NCBI RefSeq assembly: GCF_964355755.1
Contig: NC_092670.1
Span: forward strand, 35,452,388 to 35,516,387
DNA: 64,000 bases
Source: Antedon mediterranea
Taxonomy: Eukaryota; Animalia; Echinodermata
Direction: 5' to 3'
Under the pieces are notes generated by a model that made no database searches, had not been told where the DNA came from, and worked only from the letters and a program-made list of their open reading frames with translations. Made by a program: the position numbers and the translations under genes. Below, piece by piece: positions 52,623-64,000 of this stretch (position 1 is its first letter; every line of letters begins with the position of its first letter).

Positions 52623-55600
52623 CTAAATAACCATTCGTTTGCCTTCATCGTCGTAATAATTGCTCCATCGCCATTGTTGATTTTTCCCACCATTACATAC
52701 CCGTAGCGCCACACCTCTTAAATTATCTCCCATGTCTAAACATTTACTTCCAGAAGTAATATACATTGCACCGCCCTAAATATAAAGGTAGTATGGTTAT
52801 TTTTAGTAAGGGGAAACTTACTGTTGATTGTATTTGGTCAGGGATCTGGCGTAACTGCGTCGGCCAGGGAAGATTCAACAGACAGGATGAGACCAAGGCA
52901 ATCTAACAACAAGGCACTGAGTGTAACGGTCCTTTGTTCTTATGTCTGGCTGCGACAAATATCAACAGTACTGTACTAAGTACATTCTTCGCGGTGCGCG
53001 GTGGGGTGGTACTGATGCGTGTTGGTGCCACAGATAAACCCTTTGATCTCTGGAACTCAGCATCTTGCTGTTAGATTGCCTTGATGGGATAATAAGTATC
53101 CACGTTTGTACTTTTAGGACTCGTATCTACAAGTTTTCATTGAAATGAATTACTTTTAAAACTCATCATGCATCGACGGAGAATGTATCGCTATATGTTC
53201 ATTGTGTTGTACTAACTGTGTCAGCTCATTGTATCGTACTCACATCGTAGTCAGTGTATGTACTTTGTCAAACACTATTCACTGTTACTGTTATACACAA
53301 TATACCTCCCACCCACGACTGTCGTATTCACTGTGCCGTACCCATTGTGTCAGGCTCACATCTTCCTACTCACTGTCGAACTCACTTTGCCATACTAACT
53401 GTCGTATTCAACGAGTCGTACTCAATCTATCGTGTCCAATATCTATATCTCAATCCTATACTCAATACCACTCTCACATTAAATGATATTATTTTTTGTA
53501 GTTTTTTTTACTGCTATCATTTCTTACCTGTCTATGTTCAAATTTAAATGCCTTGCTTTCCGAATCACACTGAAGAAAGGTTATAGTCAACGCATGTTGA
53601 TTGAAACTTCCAAGACATTTGTCGAAGCCGCTGCTCATTAGTTTACCTTTTAGACTATACATAAAATACTAAAATGTATAAAAAGAAAGAAAAGTAAATA
53701 TTACTAAACCATGTTCGTGGTTTCAAATCCAGCTACATTATTTTAATCACTTTTATTTTTGACATAAATCATTTTTTTCTTTAGAATGATAGGCCTACTA
53801 CCAACCTGATTTGCTCCTTGTCCATGACAAGGAAAAATACCAGGACTACCCTTGCCACCCATGTTATCAAGGCATCTATCTAGTCCAACATTTCTGAGCT
53901 GAAATAATAATTACAAAAGCTATAAAGATTTATGAAATATTATTTGTTATGCTTTTTCTTCATTACACATATATATATATATAAATTGATATAGCCGATA
54001 TTCAAAAAATATGGAAATGGGAAATCGTGAGAGCAGATATCCCTGTTTTTGTATCCTGTAGAGTTGACGTACTTTATGTACAAATTCAATAAAGAGCTAA
54101 TTATTATATTCTGCGTAAGTGGAGTCAAAAGCATACGAAATTATTATTATTTTTTATCCTTTCTTCATTCAAAACTAGACTTATGACTTTTCTCTAAACT
54201 ATGTAATCCTTTTCCAGACTTTAAATTTGTAAAATATTAGTTCTAAGTATATATATTTATTATTTTTGCATAATTTAACAGTTATTTATTATATAAGAAC
54301 TTAGTAATTTATTTTATTTATAGGATTTTGTTTTTCTTTAACTTTTCTGTTATTGTTGTATTTTGTGTATTGTATCTGTTCTGAGGGTCCAAATGATCAG
54401 CAATTGCTGGATAGATCACCCTCATTAAATATGGTTCAAATAAAAAATATGATTTTTTACTCAAGTCGATTGTAGACGTCTGTTCGCCATTTCCCTCTAG
54501 TATTCATTTATTACGTACAGTATTATTGAACAGACAAAATACATGCTTACTTCTCCATCAGCCCTAAATCTTGTTTCTGGTACGGACAGTGCTGGATATA
54601 CCGTTTTCAAATACCAGTCAAAGCTTTTACACTGCTTATCCTTTTTAAACTGCAGTCGCTCACTGATGTCCCCAAAGTCCTTATGTACTAGTGATGGTCG
54701 CATTTTATAAAATATCTTCTTATATTTATCATCAAGCCATACTTCAACAACTCGTTGTGTGTTATAAAGGAACGTTCTTTAAAAAAGATAAAAACTATAC
54801 GGTCCAATTTACACGGTACTGGCTACAACTGAATTTAGAGAAGACCAACAAACAAGTAGTATAGATTTTTTTATAGGATTACCGTATATTATAATCATTA
54901 TCAATTTGAGCATTGAAGATCAGTAAAAGGTATGGAAATACACTTATTTCTATTTTTATGGTGTAGGCCTATATTATTATACTAATAATCAAATCAACTA
55001 ATCAAATAATAAGGAAAATCCAAGTGTTCATCAATAAATATCTGAGAAGGATTCTCAGAATATGGTGGCCAGAAAAAATAAGGAACGAGGATCTCCTGGT
55101 TAGAACTGGACGAGAGCCAGTGGAAATTTTAATTAGCAGAAGGAAATGGAAATGGATTGGTCACACACTAAGGAAACCAAAACACAAGATAACTAGGCAT
55201 GCCCTAACATGGAATCCCCAAAGAAAACGAAAAAGAGGACGCCCAAGGAATGCATGGAGGAGGGAACTGGATAAGGAGGTGAAGGATGCTGGCTATAACT
55301 GGACAGAGGTGGAAGGAATTGCCCAGAACCGTGTGAGATGGAGAGGTGTAGTTGATGGCCTATGCACTTCTAGGTGTAACAAGGCTTAAGTAAGTAATTC
55401 AAAAGAAATAATTAAAGCGGGAAAGTTTACTACGTTGCAACAAGAAATTAAATAAGACCATGTGTACGCATATTTAACAAGTCACCTAAAGCTATGTCTA
55501 CACTATCAAACTGTGTGACAAAGAAATGTGACACACGATTGTGTCACATTACAACAATTTGGGTATTGCACTACCATATTTGGGCACATCACTTTTTTTG

Positions 55601-58600
55601 TCGAACTAGTTTGATAGTGTTGACAGAGCGCTTTATATTTTATTACCCTTTTGGTACAATGCAGTATACAAAGCATACATTTAGGCGTACTTACACCATA
55701 TTTCCTTTTGGAAATTTGTAAGGTTGAGTTGATCTGAAGACATGGCCTACTCGCGAGCACGGTAATATCTCCAGACTACCCCCGCACATCCAAATCTAAA
55801 AATGTAAGAGAATTATTGCATTCATCATAATTGTATGAAATAGACCTACGAAAGAACTGTTAGAATATTCTGTTTATTTAGTAGGAAGCTTACGAGCTAG
55901 ACAAGCTTGTTTTATTTTACTTATATTGGTTTGTAAACAATTAGTTATTTATAAGAATTATTCGTTTATGGCAAAGATTTTTCTTCTTTTTTTTCTTGTA
56001 GTTTTATTGTTTTTTATTGTCTTCATTATGTCAAGCAAAATGAATTTCCATTTTAACTGGACCAATAACATGTCTTGAATCTTGAAGATAATCTTGACAT
56101 TAAATAACTTACTTTAAAAGAAAGTTCCAAGTTTTCGCCACCCCATATATCTAATCCTGGATCGTAAGTTCCGAGTTCATAAAAATAAGATTTATTTATT
56201 GAAAACAAACCTCCTGCCATCGTCGGAGACCTGTAGATAATTTGATAACAAGTTGAATTTCATTAACATACTTTTCTGTGTACCAGGTAAGAAAATAATT
56301 CATCTTACCCCGCACCGTGTAAAATATTGGTTGCATCTTCACATTAAACAGTTTCAGATAAAGTATTGTTCAATATGATGGTATCATGAATTTTTAATAG
56401 CTTTATCGTACTAAAAATCATCTCAATTCAACAAGTTTGGTAATTCTTCGTCTATTAAAACTTAGTACCAGTACGGGTGCGCTATGTGGAGGAAATATGC
56501 ACATTCAGCGGACGCGACGTCACAAATGCCACTAGGCCTAGTTGAGTTCTAACGACCAAATACTATTCATAACATTATGATTTTGAATAACGAATCGTCC
56601 TCAGTCACAAAATCTAAGTATGATTGATAATCCATTCAGCATATCGCCCTCAAACTAACCTGATAGGCAAGCTTTGATCGGCGCGACGTTTTAACTCGTA
56701 GTCTGGCACTGCTGCCCATCGGAACTGCATCTCCCAATTAAAAGCTCCAATCAAATTACCAGATTGCATGTACCTGAAGAAAGAAAGGTTTGTCGAAAAA
56801 AACTATTGAAACTTGAAAAAAATAATTCTTAAAAGATTTTTTGTTGAATGTGCTATTTTAATGTCACCTAATAGTTATCCACTTAAATGACCAAAATTTG
56901 GATCGAAAAAAAATGTTTTGCCTAAAAAACTGTAATTTTGGAAGCAAAAAACAGTCAAATTGGCTGCCATTTATTTTATCATTTATAAGTGAAACGTTTA
57001 TTTGTTCCGGTTTTTTTTACGGAAGTGATTAACTTTATTAAAACTATAAAATAATCTATTCAAATTCTGATTTATTAATTTTGTTTTTTTTGGGACTACA
57101 TCTTTAAGCAAAAAATAAACTTACTTGAATGTTTTGTCATCAATGGCGTCAATAACTGGGCAGACGACTGTTGTTCTGTCCTCCCAAACTCTTTGCAGAA
57201 GTGGTTCCAACCAGCCTACGTTGCATTCAACGTGTGAGTCAAGGAACGTTAGCACTTCTCCATTTGCAATCTCTGCACCCTTTAACCTGGCACGGATTAA
57301 ACCTTCTCGTTTTTGAAGTCGTAAAATTTTTACTTTTGGAAATTTCTTCATGTAGTTTTCTAGAGGTTCTTTTAAATATTGATCTAAAAATAAGAACAAA
57401 CTTCACTTACCTAGTCTTACTTCATTAAACGGTTTTCACTGTATTTCATTTCAAAGAAAATTGGAAATAGTAAAAACAGTTGCAAAACGACTTTCTTAGC
57501 ATTACTAATAAGATAGTTGTAGCAAAAATAGCAACTTTACTATATTACCTGTTGAAAACTACCAGATTTTACATGTCTCTAGGTAGATCATAACTGACTA
57601 TTGACAGTCATTTAGATACGTATCTTGCTGTCTGGTGAATATTCAGACACCATAAACTCTTTTTTTTTTTTATCAAAATGAGATTCATTACTAATTATTT
57701 TTGTGTTAACTTTGTAAACTAAACGTAAAGTACATTCTGTCCACACAAATGCTATGGATGCTACTTATATAAGTTGTTTTTGCCACCAAACAAACTGTTC
57801 ACTGTTTCCACTACTACTCGTATACTCAGTTTTAACCTACATTAGAAAGCTACTATATTGTTTACCTCTTTGGCTATAGTCATCAACCAGAATAATTTCT
57901 TCAATAAGTTCGGGAGGTGATCTGTTAATTACGCTATGAACTGTGCGTAAAAGTGGAGTCCATGATTCCTCTGTGAAGCAGATGATCACACTCGTTGAGG
58001 GCAACCTGTTTGAGTATTCTTTTGACTTGCATCTAAGTTGAAAAGGGAAATGTTTTTTAAAACTGGTGTAATCAGGGGTAAGTCTAATAAATTGTACGAT
58101 TCTGTACCGGGCCTAAAGTTTTTTTTTAAAAAAAGCTGATCAAAATACTAATGTTGTCAGAACACTGGTAAGAACTCAAATATCACGTAATGCGCATGCG
58201 TAGATTTTGAATATAACTCCCTTGTTCTTATATCATAAACGGATTTTTTGTTTATTATTATTGTCAAAAATCACGAAGAACAATGATTGGCTAACAATAG
58301 GAAGATTCTTAAATAGGAAATGAAGTTCACAATATCGATTTCTGTAACTGTAGATTCATGAAATGGATATTTATTTTCTCCATCATGGTAGAGTATATTA
58401 CTGTTGCGTGTCCATCTAACGACTATTGATTGATCAAACATTTTGTTTTCTATTCAAAAAATGATAATGTGTAGACAAGGATTCTGTTACAAAAAATAGC
58501 TAGGTCAAAGTTCAAAACAATAGACAAATGGATGAGCATTGTAAACCAAATACGGGAAATTAATTGCATTGTTCTTAGGCCTATATCAGATTCAGTCTCA

Positions 58601-61600
58601 TCGATATTTTTATTCCATGATCAAAATAAATAGGATACACAATAATGACACGTGCTTTAAACATGTAATTCTACCAAAAATAACCAAATTTATAACCAAA
58701 ATTGCGATTTCTTATCATAAATTGATATAATTTTCAAGAATGAGTTGTTTTGATCTCTGTTTTACAGATTGTTCTACATGATCTGTCAAATTATTCAAAA
58801 TACATGTTCCTTGATAAGATATACATTGTTGACCTATAACTTTTGTGCGTTTCAATTGTGGACAAAAGTTTGTCCTGTTTTTCTAGGTAGTAATTATAGA
58901 ATAGAACGAGTCAATAACTGCAAGGTTATTAAACGATACTGGATGAATAGATCATTTTTATATTGGTACATAAATATGTTAGTGTATTCAACATAAAGTT
59001 AAACAATATTTAATGAAGAATGTATAAACTGAACGAGACAATATTTACTAATAAGGAGAATTTTTAGGAGAATGAATAAGTGGTTTGTTTTACCATAGAA
59101 ACAAATGCTATTTTGACTTCCTACATATTTATAAAAAGAGGAAGCCATGTATTTTTAAGTTATGTTAACTGTATTGCGTTTCATAAGTATACTGCTTGAG
59201 CCCATACTTGGGGAAAGTCTAGATGTTGAAGTGCTATTAAACTAGTCTCACTATTCTTTCCTAGTATATGGATTTTTGCAAATCAACCACTGTACCACTT
59301 CTATTGTAATCGTTTTCTTCTTGTACTTGTTCGTGTATATTGTTATTGAAATTATCATTACCAAATATAAACGAATGAATGAATGAATGAATGGGAATTC
59401 TGGTAGAGGATCTTTCAACAATACCAAACGTAAAGCGCGAACCATGACGACCCGCATGACGATCTTGTCACATGTTATACCGATGTACTATTTGTAAAGT
59501 ACCGTCAAGGGAAATGCTCCAAATGTTTCACCCCATAGACAGTGCTAACATGTAAAACAATAGTATGGCATTATTCACGTGTAACGACGAAGGAAACAAT
59601 AGATCATTAAGCGATTTTAAAAACCCCGGAGGATAGTCATGATAGAGATCTCTATGGTCATATCCTACACTAAATTGCACGTGAGTCTGAAATCATTTTG
59701 GCAGTGGTGTATAGTAACTTATTAGGTAGTGTGTTCTGTTTAAACCAAGGTTTATAACTTTTGTATAAATACTATTATGTCGCATTGCAGTAAACAATGA
59801 TCATGCATTGTCTGTTACTGGTTTACCTACTCTTGTTGAGAGAAGAAACAAACTTGTGTTGTCTTTCGGGGAAGGCTTATTAAAATCCGAGCTGTTTAGA
59901 GAAACTTCCCCCTCTTCATAAGCCAGCTCGGTCTCTCAGATTCAACCGCTTTCTAGAAGTACCTCATTGTAAAACCAGCAGACTTAGGTCGTCTCCAGTT
60001 CCCACCATGGTGGATATAATTAATAGGCACCACTAGCTCTTTTTAGATATGTAATAAGTGAATGTTTTAAGGTTTTTTATTCATGTATTTTTTTAATTTT
60101 ATGGTACGATATCTAATTTTAATAAGATGTTTCTATTTTTATAGCAATTTTAACTAATTTTTAGTCATTTGTAATGCAATTCATTTCAGTCCTTGACTGT
60201 CGTTTTGTAATATATTTTTATATACCGAATAAATAAATATATATAATATATCGCGTCCATTTTCCACTTTTGTTTCTTTTCTTGCACTATATTAAAATGT
60301 TCATTATTGGCTGTATATTTATGTGTTACTCTGTATCTTGTGACATTTTGTAATTTTATTTTGTTCAATCAACCAACATAAACATTTGTTTCCTTAAAAA
60401 TCAGAACAGATAGAAACATGCAACGTACAAATCATAACTTTCATCAGAGAATTATAAAAGAATGGCACAATTTCTCTTTTGAAATGTTTCTGTATAATAA
60501 AAAGTAGCAAAGCAAAAGGTGACAACCTCCAAAAGTCAAGCCTGAGTTGGAGGAGCCATAACTAACTTTTTTGTATTTATCTGTTTTGTATATCTCACAG
60601 CAAACATAATTTCGATGTGTAATTATTTTATATGCAAATGACAATAAATGGAAGTAAATTTCCACTGATGATGATGATGATGATGATGATGATCTTATGT
60701 ATACTTTGTGAAAATAAATACTGTATTATTATTCGTTTAAAACATGCCATATTGTTTACAAATTTCCAAGAAGTTCTTAAAACTAACGTGCCAAAATACA
60801 CATGGTCTTCAAGATGATCACATTGAAAAGAAGTTGGAAATTAAGATCTATAACGGTTTCCTGTAAAACATGAGGAACAGAACAAAAATAATCCTTCCTA
60901 TGGAACGCGATTAGTGCCTTTATAAATACAATTTATTTTTTATTTTTGAGTTCCACGTTTTGGATTTAGTGATATTAAATTATACTATGGAGGTAAAATA
61001 ATATACTTACTGATTTGGTCTGGTATCCGGTATCGATCTTTCTAATGATATCATATCACTAACAAACTCGTTGAACGACGCATGACGCCACCCATCGTCC
61101 ACTTTCTTTCTGTCTGCTATGTTAGTTTCAACGGGTAAGCCGCTTTCACCAGGTGCATTTTTGTCACGTGGTGATGAGGTTACATCCAGGTCTTTCACTA
61201 GATGAAACTGAGAAAATAGTAGCGAAAAAGCTGATCAAATAATAACGAAAAACAAAGCAAACAGAATCGAATTACATGTATAAACATTAGTGCTAATAGA
61301 AGAGAAACGTCACATACGAGGTTTAAAATGGAACGGTTATAAATAGCTAGCAAATGTCGACGTTCATTTAAGAAGAGATGTGTCACTGCCATTTTAATCA
61401 TTGTCAATATCAACATTATTACTGAATAATCTAAATTAAATGACGTCATTACTTTAATCATACTACGTCATCGATCCTCTGGTCAGGTCACTTTCTTCAA
61501 CATCATCAAGCTTCTTCTATTAATTATTATCATATCATCAACAGCATTTCAATCTTGGTAATAATTTGTTATGGAAATCGTTCTCAAAATACTTTCTGTA

Positions 61601-62940
61601 ACTTGTGTATTAAAATTGTATTGATGAAAGCGAAACCGATTTTACGAATCATGCCAATAACAAACAATGCTTTTTCAATATCAATATTATAATTATTATA
61701 TATTTTTTTTGCTTAACAATGTTGGTTTAAAAAAAATATTGTATTTCAAATAAACTAATTATTTTGTTTTACTTCATGCAAACAAAAAGGTCCAATGATG
61801 AAAACTATAATGTTTCTTAACTGTGTCAAGGCAATTGTGTGATGGCTGAATAGTATCTATCACATAGATTAATGGACTTACTAAGGCTTGGTAACCACGT
61901 TTTGATAGCGTTAAATACAAAACAGATAATGCAGAAAAGGAACACGGGATGCCGGTTGCCGGCTGCAGAAGGATACTACGTGAAATCATGGAGTAATAAT
62001 TACCATGATGAAATCGAAGTGTCACTGTTTATTCACTTTGATTATGCGCATTCAAATTATAACGGTTACTACAGTGCGCGCGCCCATGCGAACGGTATGG
62101 TGGTACCTGTCCTCCCCTCTCTATCTATTCAGGTCTCATCAACGATAAAAAAACAAGAAGAACGATTATGTTGAAGAAGAATGGTATACTCTTATCATTC
62201 CCAACAAAGAAAATTTATAGTTTATTTATATAGATTGCCTTCCAGGTATTAACGAAAATCTATATTTTTGTACAGCACTAAAATTGATCTTAATAATGCT
62301 AAACACGTATTCAAGCTATGTTTCCCTACTGCTTCGAACATATAATAATAATTATTAATAAAAAATCATGCGTTTGATATTCGGTAATGAGGATAAATTG
62401 TTGATAAGCATACGATGTGTAGGCTTGTATTGTAAGGCCTACTAAAGAATTCCAATCCTCGAATTTCATTCGAAAATTACACGCGAGTAACTTCTTAAAA
62501 TGAATCAAGCTTACCTTTTTGTTAACAACCGGTATATTATTATTATTCTGGATATCCGGATGTGCGTCTTGATGCATTGGAAGAGGATGATGTACTAAAT
62601 TGTTGGAGAACTTTACATTTTTTATATCACCTACGTCGGACTCAATTTGTTTTAATCTAAGCTTTAAACTGTCTATATAACTGACTAATTTGTTCTGTTT
62701 ATCTTTAAGATTACTTATTTCGTCGCTCATTCCACTATCAACAGGCACTTCCACTTGTATATCCTTTTGCCCGTCGTGAGTTTCATCTCGTACGTTTAAA
62801 TTGGGCAATTTCATTGATGCATTTGGGTTGTCCGCCCCAGAAGACATTTCGTAAAGTGATATTAACAACATATCAAGTGTAATCCATAACACAGACGTCA
62901 TGATAATAGCTCGTATAATTTTTCTTGGTATTGACATCAT
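52623..62940 (-). CDS. GALNT: Gene E: polypeptide N-acetylgalactosaminyltransferase (GT27, ~664 aa)
   Basis: 11 exons: 62940-62515, 61207-61011, 58032-57866, 57383-57125, 56773-56660, 56230-56113, 55795-55695, 54776-54551, 53898-53806, 53668-53528, 52775-52623 (TAG); total 1995 nt. N-terminal TM, then [35 protein letters not shown] (DxH), [30 protein letters not shown], and a ricin lectin domain ([15 protein letters not shown]). Isoform not assignable. Confidence 0.97.
52893..53084. mobile_element. Small inverted-repeat element
   Basis: CAAGGCAATCTAACAACAAGGCACTGAG versus CTCAGCATCTTGCTGTTAGATTGCCTTG. Confidence 0.55.
55010..55397 (+). mobile_element. 5'-truncated RTE-clade LINE, antisense in a GALNT intron
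   Basis: Uninterrupted [63 protein letters not shown] ending in a (TAAG)n tail. Confidence 0.9.
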
Positions 62941-63565
62941 GTTAAAAGTTTATTCTACTTGTTCACGTATTCCTGACAATTTCGACTATGTTTTTAAAGA
63001 AAAATCGCGAGATGGATGCGGCATGCTCCAAACAAAAAATCTATCGTCGCTGTAAGCCTAATTTAAAATCATCTCTCGTACATTGTCTCGTCTGTACCCA
63101 CTACATACACAACGTGATGATACTCAGATACCATAGGTGTGCTCCAGCTGACACCAACTGTAGGTATACTACGTGGATGCATCGATCGATTATAATTTGT
63201 CAATAAATCCAAAAGTGACTATAATAATCGCGCACACAATACAAAAGCTACATCCAACACTAATAGATAATACAGTTCGATATCAAACTCCATCCGTGAG
63301 TTAATTAATACAAGTACGGATGGTTGAATTATTCAATGGGTTTGCTTCATCACCCAAGTTGGTTTAGTACACTATGATTTGCTTGTAGACGGAATTAGCA
63401 TACGATTGATTAATTTCGGATAATTATATTATAATAAAGATATAAATAATTGACATATGGTAGGCCTTGCTTTTCTCATGCATTATGCATATACACTATT
63501 CTGCATTATGTGGCATGTGTATTGCATTGTGTTAGAGAATGTTATTTCCCTTCCGTGGTAGTTTT

Positions 63566-63740
63566 AAGCTCTGTCTATCAAACATTATGTGACAAAATGT
63601 GATGTGCTAATATATAGACATGATGTTCACATCACTACCATATTTAGGCATATCACTACCCTATTTGGGTATATCACTACCTATTTGGGCACATCAAACT
63701 GTTTTTAGTCAACTAGTTGGATAGTGTAGACGGAGCATTA
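63566..63740. mobile_element. Abundant MITE family H3 (other copies or fragments at ~7800, 8562, 22783, 34231, 35647, 46763, 55489)
   Basis: AGCTCTGTCTA(CACTA)TCAAAC ... GATAGTGTAGAC.GAGC termini; internal CATATCACTACCATATTTGGG repeats. Confidence 0.8.
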
Positions 63741-64000
63741 CGCTCTCTTCCCCACTATGTTTGAGTAAGTTGAGTGAGAGAGACCGTCTAAGGATTGAAA
63801 TCATGTTTATTTGCAACAGAAATAATCACTTTAATTCAACATTGTCGAGAAAAACGTGAATAACAAACGGCCATGAACCTTTTAGTTTGTTTCATGTATA
63901 TCATGCTTCCGGGATAGCTGATGATTTGAATCATAATCATAATCTGAGTAGGTCGGCCTACCGTTCATCAGTGTAACTATTGCTTTTGTAAGGTCTTCCC

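Noticed and set aside
61460-61516. Possible extra GALNT stem exon ([11 protein letters not shown]...)
   Set aside because: No donor in a compatible phase; 62515 joins 61207 directly in phase 0.

Overview
AT-rich, intron-containing animal DNA, most consistent with a marine invertebrate (taxon not provable from this window). It is not prokaryotic and has no CRISPR array, rRNA or intact tRNA. Five spliced genes were assembled by hand from GT-AG junctions with consistent codon phase. (A) 2815-13580 (+): protein with a Sib/'integrin-beta-like' N-terminal region, two copies of a five-exon Ig-like module and a terminal CxC coiled coil; its 5' end is unresolved. (B) 15031-24523 (-): secreted protein with an atypical LDLa-like domain and 3 CUB domains. 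(C) 29469-38948 (+): paralog of A with one Ig-like module, then a Thr-rich stalk, ZP domain, furin site and TM helix. (D) 39895-49298 (+): unrecognised ~338-aa protein with a Cys-rich hydrophobic segment. (E) 52623-62940 (-): polypeptide GalNAc-transferase. The most striking observation is the A/C pair, which puts the same adhesin-like head on two different oligomerisation tails, swapped at a phase-1 intron. Non-coding DNA holds MITEs, LINE/SINE remnants, several satellites and an intact minimal hammerhead ribozyme at 18605-18653.
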